Assembly (NCBI RefSeq): GCF_018977255.1
Contig: NW_024704742.1
Location: forward strand, 87,422,001-87,486,000
Direction of reading: 5' to 3'
Origin: Callorhinchus milii
Lineage: Eukaryota
Length of the DNA stretch: 64,000 nt
In this document: one piece after another, positions 35,821 through 48,937 of the stretch
Position numbering within the stretch: the first letter of the stretch is position 1
Layout: each line of letters opens with the position of its first letter
Made by a program: the position numbers and the translations under genes
The notes under the pieces: model-generated
The model's database searches: none
What the model saw: the letters and a program-made list of their open reading frames with translations, nothing else
What the model was told of the DNA's origin: nothing

Positions 35821-38359
35821 CTGTTTTGCTTCTGTGACCTTCACTTTAATTTGTTTTATAATTGACTTTGGATTACAATTGAATTCTAATTTACTATGCC
35901 TTTGAATTCACAGCCCAAATTGACTTTGATCTTGTAATTAAAATGACTCTTGTTTCGAGTTCCATGTTCTGTAGTCTTGTAACAGAGTTTCTACCAACAA
36001 TGTGTGTTCAATTGGTTGTAAACAGCAATATGGCCTTTTATTGTTGCTTTTGATGGCGATGTAGTGCAACATCCAAAAAGCTACAGGGATATCTAAGTGC
36101 AGAAGGGCCCAATGAAGTTGTAAAATCATAGTTACTGCGGAACAGTGATGAACTGAAAGAACACTGACTGAAGTGTTTCAGTTTTTTATATTGTGTGGAA
36201 GAAAATAACAATGTAGTTGAGCTTTGACAGAGCATTATCACAAGCTGAAATTGCTTTGGGATGGTTGGTGAAGGAGTTGGGATCACATTATCAATTGCTG
36301 TAACCCAGTACTGATGATTTAACCAGGCTGAATGCAGTATGTCATATCTTCCACGCATTCTTAGGAGAGCTTCCTGCATATCTGAATGTGATCATGTGGA
36401 CACTAGATCTATTTTGCACACAGATTAATAAGAAGTGTTGAATGTTTACAACCAAATATAAGTAGCAGTGTTTGCTAAACAGGAGTCACAAGTTTTTTTT
36501 GGTGCTGACCTAACACAGGGTATGATTGGATTCTTGAGCATTGGTGCATGAAATGTGCTAAGGAGTGTTCGCCAAGTTATTTTAATGATCACCAGCGTAA
36601 GAGATTATCCTCTTAATGTTCTTGGCTCTGAAAGGTTTTCATTTTAATAATTCAAGTTGAACTCTTCTGGTCACGGCATCAATCTTCTCTAAAACTGTTC
36701 TCAGGCACAACCTAACGCTTACTTGAAGAGGGAAGAAATGCCACACACGGAGTTACACACTTTGGGCATTTTGCAACTTGTCCTAATTCTAATCTAATTG
36801 ATCAACTGAAGAGAAGTCATGCAAGCAGGAGTCATCCTGCCTGTTTCACTTTGAGCTGAAATTTTCGAGCTTCATCCGTGTAGCTGGCCCCCCAAAATAG
36901 CGAAACCTCCTCCAAACAAGGTATGTTTTTCTTTAGTCAAGGCGATTTTTGAATGTGCATCTTTTGGATGTGCATCGTCCACAGCTTACTTCACTTCTAA
37001 ACATATAGAAGTGCTGGACTCGCAGTATTTTATTCCCTTTGTTTTTTTTAAAATCTGTTCAACTAACTTTACAGTGTTGCAGCAGGTGCTTCCAAACTTG
37101 TAATTCATCCTTCAAGAACTATTTAATTCAACAGCAAATTTACTGCCCCTGTGTTCCTGTTAACTTGCTGTATGTAGTTTGATTTATGTTCACACACATT
37201 TGAAGTTGGGCAAATGTGTCCATCGATTCATCTGTTTGAGGAGATTTGTTCATGTCCTGAATTGGAACCGATTTGAATCCCTTTGTAGAAAAGGCGAATT
37301 GGGGTAACTGGAGCAGAAATCATGAGGTTTGAAACGTGGAAACTCTCTGGAAAATTGCCAAATATGCAAGAGTTTTCAAGGTTTAGAACGTAGTCACATT
37401 GCAGTTATTTGAACTCTCGGTCCATTTCATTTCATAAGTCGCGGTTTGTATAGTGACCCATTGGTAAGTAACTGAGAGGAGTAAATGATTTACTTTCAAG
37501 AGCAGGCCCCTGACATTTCTATCTGTTGAATGAACAGCCCCAGAATACCTATGGGGCTTCACATGATACTACAGTAGGTACACCTGCATTGTTGCACGTA
37601 TCTGTTAGGTTAAAATCCTTCTTTGTTAAAATTACATAGTCTTTTATGCAAAATTGGTCCTTGCTTAATGATGGTTTGAGTTATTGTTCCCTCTTTTGTA
37701 ATTTGTGGCCATTGGAGTGTGGAGTGTTAATAAATGTCATGATGGATTTAAAACCAAGCTGCAATAATGCTCGTTTTTGAAAGTCTTTCAGTGACAAAAT
37801 TATAAGCTCCAGCAAAGAATTGCATTGACCTCCACCAAAAAGATCTGCCTCATAAACTAAGCAGCCTAGAATGTCCAGCATTAGTGGTGTGTATTGCTTA
37901 GAGTATGCTTAGAAAATAAATAACTAAAGGTGAGAGATCCATGAATGTGTTAAGTGCGTGACGAAAAACCCCACAATATTTTAGAATATCCTTTGGGAAA
38001 CAACCTGCAGTTATTTATAAGGATTATTATAATAATCATTGTATTTGATATTGCACCTTATTTGTCCAACAGCCTACTTTCATTGTTCTATTTGCATAAT
38101 TTGTAAATTAGTTTGTTTGTGCCTGTCTTATGAGCTTCGAAGAGTCTTAAATGTTGCCTCGATCAATGCCTTCCTTTGTTGCATTATATGGTGATGCACC
38201 AGGAAATGAGAGTAGTGATTTACATTTATCTTGCACCAATTTTCTGGGTAATGTTAAACTTAATCTTTCAAATTTTGTCATTACTCCATTAATGGTTACC
38301 AATGTTGCTGTCTGTAAACTGCCTCAGGTTTGGCTTCTCCAAAATGAAATTTAGTGACT

Positions 38360-38720
38360 GACAGCATTGTCACAAGATGTAGAGGTGGAATCAAATGAGA
38401 TGTTTATGGATTAATAGGGATGTTTAAAAGAGATATAGATGGGTACCTGGGTAGCAGAGAAACACTTATTAATAATTCTTGGATTGGATATGTCATCGGT
38501 GGCATATTTTAAAGCGCTTCACAAGATCTTACTATGAAGTGTAGTGAATATGTTTCAGCAAATGTGACAGTCAATTTGTAAATAGCCATAAACCCACGAA
38601 CAGCCATTAAAGAATATGATGAAAGGGTAAGGCATTGGGATTAAAAAGATCTTACAGGATCTGATAAACTGGTGGAACAGGCTCAATCAGTTGAATGGCC
38701 TCCTCCTGTTTTCATGCTTT
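38360..38720 (+). mobile_element. CR1 3' fragment interrupted by a decayed - strand SINE (~38468-38610)
   Basis: Ends GATCTGATAAACTGGTGGAACAGGCTC...GAATGGCCTCCTCCTGTT, a shark-type CR1 tail. Confidence 0.6.
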
Positions 38721-39846
38721 CCTCAGCACTGAAACTTTACAGGGCATAAACCTAAAACTTTCCTGTTGTAGATATTGCAGTATTATGCTATGTGGGGCAC
38801 TGAGATTCACAAATGGATAAGTAGGGATAGAGTTTATGCATGGAGAAAATTTGTTCCTTTTTCCCTTTTGGAATATAGATGACTACTCTCCATCCCACTC
38901 GTGGTCTCTGGAGAACATTGCAGGGCTGTGGATGTGCTGCCTTCTGTCAGACTCCTAACTCAGTCAGTCGGTTTGGTTCCTTTGCCTGAAGCAGAGACTG
39001 GGCTATTTAAAAGAAATTTGTGGCTAATTAGAAGTTAAATTAGAGAGTATGGTTAAGTGCCTTGGAATGTTGTTAAATCCTCCAAAAGCTTTTTAAGTAT
39101 TGACAATACACTTCAGTTCACTGGCTACATTGGGTCGAAGAAGCATCAGTCTTGTTCAGCCAGTTAAGATTGATCATTTGTACCTCATTAGGTGACATCT
39201 AGGTTATGAGGGTGGAGTGAAATGGAAGAAATAAGACAACTTTAACTTTACAAAATACTATTGCCATGATGAGCAGGAGAAGTGGGTTGACATTAATTAA
39301 GGTCTTTGTCCTCACCTTCACATTCCTTTGTGGTCTCGTTCCATCCTATCTATGCAATCTCACCTGTTTCTATTTTCCTGTTCATGTTCTTCATGCATCT
39401 AATTTCTGGTTTTTTGCTTGTTCCTCACTCCTGTTACAGCTTCATTACTTCCATCCCACTTTTAATGTTTGAGCTGTTGGCTGCTTTCAAGAACACTCAA
39501 ATATTCTGGTGTCACTTCCTCTCCCGTTTTTGGTCGATATCCTTGTTGCTTGATGCTCTCTAATCTGTTGAGTGCTTCCAGACACGAATCCTATGTTGCA
39601 AGTTTTGTTCTACAGTGGAGACTTGCTGTTTGTTATTGGCAATCATTTTACTGGCCTGTTAATAACAAGACCTTATATATGAATTTAGATATCTGCCTAA
39701 AAGAGCAAAGTTTCAGGCAAGCGAAGGGATTGACTCTTTGTCCCTGGCATTCTGCATCCTTTTTGCATCAATAAATCACAAATTTGTCAAGCATTCCATA
39801 TTTTTTAATTGATTATGAGGAAGTAAAGAATGGGTGAATACGGACA

Positions 39847-39911
39847 TGGAGTATAAACACTAGCATGGACTGGTTGGACCGAGTGGCCTGTTTCTGTGCT
39901 GTACATTCTTT
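39847..39911 (+). mobile_element. CR1 3' tail (second type)
   Basis: TGGAGTATAAACACTAGCATGGACTGGTTGGACCGAGTGGCCTGTTTCTGTGCTGTACATTCT; related relic at ~47900-47980. Confidence 0.7.
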
Positions 39912-40223
39912 GTGCCCACATCAGCATGTTGATGTACAGGTGCAGGAGTGTATTCCTGGAAAATATGTACGAGTTTGCCTTATTCTACCTTATGGTACTG
40001 ATTTAGTTGCACTTGTAAAGCCTGGTTATGTTATCTGCTTTTGCAGGAGGCAGATTCTGGCATGGAGTAGGTATCATTTTCCTGTCTGCTGGTCTGTATG
40101 AATTTGTACTGCACTGAGTTCAAGGAGGAGATTAGATTTTTCTGTATCCTGCTAAACTGGAATCCTATAATAACACTGGGGAAGTGTGAGGTTTCTGGAA
40201 CACTAAATTGCTTTCTTTCTTTT

Positions 40224-40419
40224 GGTCAACTGAGTGTCCTGACGCATGCAGAAACAGATGACCATGTTTAAAAGTATCCAAAACAGTATTTGGATTGGAA
40301 TGTGCAATCCACTGAAGGGACAAATCCTGCCTACCTAATTCCTGGGGGGACGAATCCTACTGACCTAATTCAGGAAAGTATTAGGCTCAAGTTGATGAGT
40401 GCACGGATGCACCCCAGGG
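40224..40419 (+). repeat. Unclassified GGTCAG repeat family, long copy with internal ~30-bp tandem duplication
   Basis: Aligns to 55867-56084 (GGAATG...CCTAATTC...GAAAGTATTAGG...CCCCAGGG). Confidence 0.8.
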
Positions 40420-40817
40420 AATTACACATATTCCTGTTCCTCGTGCCCTCTGCGTTTGAGTTGATCAGTATTCCAATTTATTTTCCTTGACTTGATCTTG
40501 CAGTTGAAGGTAAAGTAGTTCACCATTTATCTACCTTGCAATCCTAGATTTAATCTTTTTGAAGTAATTTGTCTGTATAATCCCACCATTTTCCCATCTG
40601 AAACATCTGTAGGGAGTGGGATTTAGAAAAGAAAACTAATCATGTTTTGAACTATTTCACAAGTGTGCTTTACACAAAGATTGCTGATACCTGTAAAAAG
40701 TCATGCATCATTTATTGTTGAAGATGAAACTTTAACTTTGTTGTGAACGGGCATTTTGAGTCCTCTGAAGTGGTATTCATGTGCATTAGGTTTAGCAGAT
40801 CACTTGATGATCTAGAT

Positions 40818-41016
40818 CAGGGTGGTCTTTAGCTGCTGAGAGTCAGATGCCTCATTTGAGAAATGACTACAGGCTGCATAAGCAATATTTGTATTTTTCT
40901 TCCAGAAACATAATATTTCTGGGTTATGGAGGGAGCAGGTGGGCCAAATGAAATGGGTGGGGGGGGGGGTGGTTTGCGGATGAAATTGGCCCGCTGGCTG
41001 CTAGATGGATTGCCCT
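40818..41016. mobile_element. hAT-Charlie (MER58-like) MITE
   Basis: 8-bp target-site duplication ATCTAGAT/ATCTGGAT; CAGGG...GCCCT termini; TTGGCCCGCTGGCTG subterminal motif. Confidence 0.7.
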
Positions 41017-42397
41017 ATCTGGATTATCAATTGAAGGGAAGGATGCTGGTTTTGTAGTTATTGGAGTTTAACATTAGTTGCTGCATCTTAATGAGTGCAA
41101 TTGTGGCTGTGGATGAAGCAGTGTTGAAATGTACACTCCAACTTAATTATATGTCAAATTAAAGGAAGAAGTGCAGAAAGAATCGTGGGGGGAAGAATGG
41201 GTGTAAAGTTGATTTCTGGCACAAAATGCTGGTTTGATTTGATCAGTGTTCATTGGGTTGTGAAGTATGTTGAAGCTACAGAAAAAATTCCCATGCATTC
41301 CATTGGAACTACATCATCGCTCGAATGTCTGATTGTCAATCTGTCGAAATGTGTTTTTGTGTAGAAAATTAGTTTCGGTTTAGCTGTTTATATTGATACT
41401 CCTTTGTATTTTTTAAAAACGTCTTTCAGAATAGTGAATGTGTAATTTAAGACTAATCTTACCCACTTTGTTTTCTAGTAGAGTAGATGTGTCTGGGGCT
41501 GATAGGTAAGGAAGAATTGCAGTCAAAAAAAGAATATAATCATTAAAGTGGACACAAGTGTGTATTTGAACAACTTTGTCTCTTGATTTCTTTTTTGGTT
41601 TTGCTTTCCTTGTTTTGTTTACAAAAACGTGTAACAACAACTTGCACTTATATAGCGCCCTCCATGCAGGGTAGCATCTCAAGAGCGCTTGAAGATGAGC
41701 TAGAATTAAGTTGAACAATTTTGATATTGTATTTGAGTGTCGACAGATATATAAATGCAGAGAAATGCTCCACCCTTAAACAGTTGCAATTAATTCACTT
41801 TTACACTGAAGATCGGTGTAATCGAGCATGACTTTCTGAATCAGACAAGTTCAGCTGTTCTAGATTTGTCAGGCTACATTAGATCACATTTTCCGTGGGC
41901 TTGTTTTAATCATTGACACTGCTGTTACCAACTAGGATTACTCACTCAAGGACACACTGGAAAGTGCTGTCAATATTTTGCTATACTTTCATAAACTGCC
42001 GTCGTAATGCAGTTCCTTTTGTCTGCATTAATTTCCCTCAAATTAGTAGTAAAGTTTTGTCGGTGGAGGGAGAAAAGAGGTGAAAAGAAAGGCAAATGAA
42101 TAGGTTGGTGTGTCTAAGTTACCTTAGACATTGGAGCAGACTGGCGCTACAATACGTTGTGACCCACTTGAAGTCCTTTCTATGGAATGTTTTTATTTCT
42201 TGCATCGAAACAGATCAGATTGTAATTAATTATTGAAAGCACTTGGAACATTCAAATTAATTTTAGATATACTGGCGTGCATTTGAAACAATCATTTAGG
42301 AATGAAATGCAGTGCACAATTGGTCTGCTGTGTTTGCCTACAAATATCCAGTCACTCCACTTCATGGTAAATCCTGTAAATGCAAAGATTATTATTA

Positions 42398-42573
42398 CTG
42401 TAAACTCCTGATAACTTGTCACTCCGAGATAAAGATTCAATAACAAGTCAGCCGGAGGGGCGAGCTAGGTATATGTATAAATACATAAATAAATGCGGCT
42501 GGAATATTGACAGCTAGATGACTTAAGTGGTGATGACAAGTTAAGTCATGGTCGAGTTATCAGGAGTTTACTG
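42398..42573. mobile_element. Tc1/mariner (Tigger/pogo-like) MITE
   Basis: TA|CTGTAAACTCCTGATAACTTGTC ... GTCGAGTTATCAGGAGTTTACTG|TA: ~23-bp TIRs and TA duplication. Confidence 0.88.
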
Positions 42574-44364
42574 TACTTATTATTACCTTACATTATTGTG
42601 CACAGTATGTAGATGATGTGCTTTTAGGGAACAAATGTCAGGGATGGAGTGGAACGTTTCCTGCTATTTGTACCCAATGTTCACATGCGACACTCAAGGT
42701 TTTTCTCATATTGATAATTACCTTAGTAACATTTGTCACAGCATCAGAAGAGAAGTTTGGCTGATTTTGATATCAGTCTTAAAGTACAAAACCCTCTGTC
42801 TTCACGTTCCAACATCAAGCTGTTGCTTTAGTTGGACCCAGTGACCCTCCTCCATTGCGGCTGCTGATTGTTCTGTGTGTTAAGAAATCTTTCTGGCGTC
42901 TGTCCAAAGCTTGGCAGCACCAGCCTTAACTTTGTTTTCCTGCACCATCCCTGCAGTGTCTGAATCAGATTGCAAGAGGACAAATATTGTGGCCATTCTT
43001 TGAAAAACATACAAGGGAGGAGTGCTACTGAACTTGTGTGTGATATATGAATGTGCTTGATGTGGGTATGGCAGAAACTTGAATTACTGAAAGATTCAGC
43101 AAACAAGCTCATTGTACCAATAGTATGTGCAGGATAGCAAGTTGTTTCTGAAGCCGATCTGATTCAACTTGACCAAAGAATGTAGCAGCGTAAAAATGGC
43201 CAATTCAAATTTGTGCTGGTGTAATTGCATTCTCCCGTTTATTTCCCTATACCCTCGTAATATATTGGCTCAGTTTGTATCAAACTTGCCTTTTTTTAAA
43301 TGAGCATTTAACATAGTACAAGACCGTAAAGCATGGAATGAGGCAAGACCACTCTAATCTTGAAGCCCTCTTCTTTTACACTGTACAATCCTCACTTATT
43401 TTGTATCCATCTGAGCCTCCAACTCCTTTGGAAAAGTTCTACATAAATACAATCCTGGTATTGAAAGATAAGTGCGCAAAACTAGTCTAGTCATGTTCTC
43501 TGTTTATATATTGAAATATATTTTAAAGCTGTCCGTGATGTGTAATGTTGTTCTCAGTGCACTGAATTCAATTAATAGTCACAGGAGGAACTCAGTGGCA
43601 GTACTAGTTTTGTGAACAAGCTGCAGTTCCTGGGAATCCCGTGGGCTGTGGTGCTGTGCTTCAAGCTTATTCATTGATTTTTTTTAAGAATTAATTAATC
43701 AGACCAAATGCTTTTTATTTGATGTTTCAAAATCTGAATTTGATGCAGATGATTTATCCCTAAAATGCCATTGGAAAGTCTCCAAATGGCCATATCACAT
43801 TCCCCTATTGTGGAAGGAACCCTCTTTTGTGTGTCCTTCCAACCATTGCATCTTATAGAACGGTTTTCAGAATTAAATCATTTCATAGAAATTGTGGTTT
43901 TATTAAACAACTGAATATTTTGAAATCATTGAAAATCGTGTATCTGTGTGAGTACAGAAGCTGGACAACAATTCCCCAAATAAAATTGATCACTCATTTC
44001 ACAGCTGTTTGTGGTGCAGTGTGCAAATTGGTTACTGTGTTCGCCTACAAAATGCATTTAATACACTTCATAGTAAAATCCTGTGAAGCACTTTGACACA
44101 TCTCAACGATGTAATAATGCATTATAACACATATATTTTATTAACTATACTAAAATATTAATGTGCCTTGATAGAAGACAATTTTTAGCATTCTCGCTAT
44201 CACTTTCAAGCTAATGTATACACAGACTTCCCTCTTCGAGCCTCTTAGAGCTTTTATGTTAATTTTTTTTCTTCTTGGTTTGACTTAGTCTGGAGAGAAT
44301 CTTGTGTCCCCTTTAATGGTCTCAACAATCCTGAAGTGAAATGTTCTTCTGTTTTCTCTTAAAG

Positions 44365-44533
44365 GCCTGTGAGAGTTTTAATGTAACTGAATTTCTAAGC
44401 ATTGTTGGAGACGTGATTTGGATATTGAGTCTTGGTTCCAGGGACTTAAAATTGGCCTTTCTACAATTGGAAGAAACTGAGGCAGAACAATTATTTGTGG
44501 AGCACATCCTTTCCAGATTGGGACAGCTGTAAG
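44365..44533 (+). other. Candidate internal exon (probably non-coding)
   Basis: Acceptor TTCTTCTGTTTTCTCTTAAAG|G and donor AAG|GTAAAT (alternative CT|GTAAGG at 44529); translation not recognised. Confidence 0.3.
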
Positions 44534-44914
44534 GTAAATTCCAAATTATTTCCCTATTCCTTCTATTAATATCCAAGAATACTCCCAACCACCCACCAAC
44601 AATGCAGTTTGAAAGATGTGGGGAAAATGGGTCAATAGATGGAGTAAAGGGAGGTCACTTCTCATGGAAAGGGGTTACATAAATGTAATTTTGTTGTTGT
44701 TGTCCATTTTATTCAAGAGTGTGGGTAATCGCATTCTGCGCACCATATACCTGGCGTGTAATAAGCTGAACAGTGACCTTTGCTGCATGATGATGGAACA
44801 AGAGCTGGAAGCCTTTGAAAGTTGTTGCAGGAATGTTTTGAATCCAAATGTGAAAAGGGAAACAGAATTTTGTCCACTTAGTGTTGGTCCTTTCTGTGAT
44901 TACTAAATTTATTC

Positions 44915-45085
44915 AATTCACTTCCTCCCTCAACTCGTTCAAGGTCTGTCTCAAGACCTAACCTTTTTAGGTCATCTTTTCTGTCTTCAACCCCCCTCAA
45001 CTTCCATCCCCTAGCTTGGATACCAAGACAGTTAAGCGCCTTTGGATGTCCTCCTGATGTGAAAGGAACTATAAATTTGATGTTG
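44915..45085 (+). mobile_element. L2 3' end
   Basis: TTCAAGGTCTGTCTCAAGACC...AAGCGCCTTTGGATGTCCTCCTGATGTGAAAGG; aligns to 32290-32480. Confidence 0.75.
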
Positions 45086-47332
45086 CATTTTGGATGAATG
45101 AAATTTTGTATTGAATAGCTTGTTGGCAGAGTAATCTTATCTTTTGGCACATCTTCCTGTCTTGACAATTTTTAAATTGAAGGATGACCCGATCATATCT
45201 CATATAATAATAATAATCCTTGCATTTCATATATAGGCCCTTATCAAGTCAATGTAGACGTCTCAAAACACTTCACAGGATACACTATAAAGTGGATTTA
45301 CTTTGTAATATTGTGACTAAACCTCATGTTCAAATTGGGTACCTAGCATTGGATTGGTGTGAAAGGTTTTGGGGTTGAGTTGGTTTGGTCCAGTTTTGTT
45401 AAAAGTTAATCTATCTCATGGGCAGAGATAGGTGAGCAGAAGGAAATGAGGAAGTAGAAGTTTTAAAATTAATGTATAGAGGCAAAATTTCAGTAGGGGT
45501 ATTCCTTATTAGTTAGTACTGGAAGTCAGGTATAGAAACTGCACAATTAGTGCAAGTCTTTATTAAATCTGCATTTAAATGAAGCAGCACTATAGCAAAG
45601 TGTGCTATAGTGGGCTTCCCCTGCAATCTTGCTCTTTTAGTTTACTTGATGCTTCAATCCCCTTATCAAGTGGGTAGCTAAACCAGACTGGAGATGTCAC
45701 TGACCAGTTTGATTGCTCGAGCTGTGTTGAGTTAACTTATTATAGTCAGTAGAGGAATTGCAATTGGCCACAATGCTGCTAACTTTGGAGGAAAAACTGG
45801 GCCACAATTTCTGATCACAATCCAGAGACTTGTCTGCTGAGAATTATATGTATTTGGATGTTATGTGAGGACAGGATTGGATTCTGTTGCAATGCCCCTT
45901 GAAGCTGAAGAGCTTGATTGCTGCCAAGGCTTCTGTCTTGGAAGGTACGGGGGCAGGGGGAGAGAAGGAGTTTGCCCTGGGTAGGAAGACAGTTGGTGAA
46001 AAGGGCAAACAAAGAGAAAAATGGCTCCTTCTTGGGTAATTTCCCAACCAATTATCCAGGCATGAGTGCCGACTAATAAAACAGAAACTTTAATGATCAA
46101 GCTGATTTGTTTATAATTCCCTAGATCTGCATGCAAATTTTCCCCGTCTTCATTCCTTTTTATATGCAAATAGTTTTTGGTCTAGCTGGACCCTATTGTA
46201 CAGAATATGTAGGTCCTGCATGTATTGTGTTTATTTTGGTTGTGATAGTGAAAGGCTTATTCAATTATTCCAAATACATAACTCTCGTGTTCGGTTGAGC
46301 TCTCAACATTAGTTGGTGATTCTGAGATGCATTTTGTGTGGGAAAAATGTAATTTTGGAGGGGAACCAAAATGATTTGGCAGCTAAGCCTGCAAAGTAAA
46401 TTGAGACCATCAGCACCTGCATTTTAAAAGTGGCATTTGAGGCATTGTGGAGAGCAATACGGTGGGAAGACATGAGACTGTTCAGCTATACAGTGAACAT
46501 GTGTACACATTGCCGAGAGTTTAGGTCACAGCTCCAGGCAGTACCGTTATCTGAATTGCATGGAGGAGGTCTGCTGTGGCTTGCAGCTGTTCAAGAGTGA
46601 GAGCAGTCTGATGTGGAAAATGAATAAATGCTGTTTTTAGGCAGTGAACTTGAATTATTGATAACCTACGTGAGAGTTGAGCACTTAGCTTTAATTCATC
46701 AAGTTTGACGGGCTGCATCTGGTTTCATTATTCATGGCCTTAACCGTTGGACAGTATCTACACTGTGTAAGCTTTCAACATATTCTGGTTTGTCTTAACG
46801 ATTTAACATTGGTACAGTAATGAAATGGTTCTGTCATATTGAATGTTGTTCAGGTTTGAAATTGAAAGCGTTTCTGTGTGTAGTACAAATTATACTTTTT
46901 ATGATGGCTGAATTGTGGTCTATATTTGCCACTTTTGGATGTTTGCCATTTTTTCTAAACAAATAACCCATTTTCAATAAATCTTTCTTTAGTCTTGCCC
47001 ATATTATAGATTGTACAATGCTGCAATTTTTGTCATTCTGTGGGCTTTCAGAAGATATTTTAAGGATGGCATAGAAGGTGTTTGTGCAATTTTAAATGCC
47101 TTAAAAGATCTGGATCTGAGTCTACGCTGGATTAGTGAGATCTGCGCTCTGGGATGCTACCCTGCCTGACAGGCACTACATAAATATAAAAGTTGTTGTT
47201 GTTGTTCAGCTGATATATTGTCTTTCAGGTGTAAGGATCCAAATTGAATAGCGCTCACCAGCTTCAATTTCATTCCAAATAGACAGCTCCACTGCAATTT
47301 CTCTTAAAGAGGAAGCCTCCACGCCATTGCAC

Positions 47333-47638
47333 TAATAATCCTTGCATTTGATATAGCGCTTTTCACGTCGGGAGGACGTCCCAAAGTGCTTCACAGAACA
47401 CACTGTAAAGTGAATTGACTGTATATTTGTGGGCGAACGCGGCTGCCAATTGCGCGCAGCAATGTCCCACAAACAGGCGTAGATTGAAAATGACCAATTT
47501 ATTATTGTTTTTGGTTTTGGAGGGATTATTAGTAAGCGAGTGGAGTAAGGAAACTTGCCCAAGGTTTTGCCCTGCCTGGAATTGAACTCAGGTCTCTCGC
47601 TTGCAAAGCGAGTGCTCTAACGACTGAGCTACAGGACT
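47333..47638 (-). mobile_element. Full-length tRNA/Deu-domain SINE, short form
   Basis: Near-identical (reverse) to 22000-22325, many CpGs retained. Confidence 0.93.
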
Positions 47639-48785
47639 ATCCTGGTGTCACAGAAAATGGTGGAGGAGGGAAACGGAGAAAGAAGAGAGTTGCTTTGTTT
47701 TCCAGGTGAACAATCCTCCAGATATAATTGGTCCTTCACTTTACAGCTCTTTTTGAAACTTTGTGCACATCTCTGCTCTGGAAATGGATCACATTAAATG
47801 GAGATTCTGCAGGTTGGTGAGGAGTTCCTATTTACGCAACCCAGATTGATTATTCAAGAACCTATTGCGAAATGCTGCAAACTTGAACCCTCAGGAGAAA
47901 GGAATAGCGGAGACTCGTGTCGAGTAAACATTGGCACAGGCTAGTTGGACCACTGATTCCGTACTTCAATGTTCTACACAAATTAGCTACCACACTTGCC
48001 TAAAAATAGTTGCTATATTTAAAATTTAAAAAAATCCTGTGAAATGTTTTGCAACATTTTGACAATGTGATGAGAAACCACATCAAATAAAAGGATTATT
48101 TATTATTCCCTGCTAAATATTTATTTTAGACAATAATAAGTAATTGATCATTATTTGAGGAGTGGCATTCTTTGTTAATCTCAAGAGTTGGGATGTGGTG
48201 AGAGAAAGAGACTTGCAACATGGTAAATCTGTTTCTGATGATGCCACAAATGTAGATCTTGGTGGGTTTGATTGCAGGTTGCTCCAAAATACTGAATATA
48301 TCGTCAGTGCAGTTTCTTATGAAAAGCGATAGATGGTGCAAGTGCAGCCAGTCTGTACTGCAGCACCATTCACACAGCAGTGTTGCCAAAAGTCAGTGAT
48401 GAACTTGTTGATTTAAAACAGCTTCATACGTCCAACATTAACTGAATAGTGAGCCTTGTTCGGGGCAAGACACAGATTCCAATAAGCTCTTTGCCAAAAA
48501 TGGAAGATGTTCCCTCGATTTTGGACTAGAGGTAGGCATTGTTTTTAATACTTTTCTCTCTTTCCCCCACCCCCCCTACTGAATTTAAGATATCTATTAA
48601 CCTTTCCTATCATGGGTGGCGTGGGGGGTAGGTAGAGGATGTGGAGGGGGAAACGTAAGGAAAGAGGTTGAGTTTTTTTTATCCAATACCTCCTTTTGGG
48701 TTTGTGAGTGGTGGGAAGCTTTATGGTTACAATCTCTATCAAATTTTGTGTTCTACAAGAGCTTCATAAACTATTTAATAATATA

Positions 48786-48937
48786 ATCATAATCCTTGCA
48801 TTTGATATAGCGATTTTCACATCTTCTTTGTCTCAAAGCACTTCACAGAATAGACTGTAAAGTTAATTGACTGTATATTTGTGGGCAAAACGCGGCAGCC
48901 AATTGCGCACAGCAGTGTCCCACAAACAGTCGTGGAT
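48786..48937 (-). mobile_element. tRNA/Deu-domain SINE, 3' half
   Basis: Tail plus GCGGCAGCCAATTGCGCACAGCAGTGTCCCACAAACAGTCGTGGATT. Confidence 0.9.
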
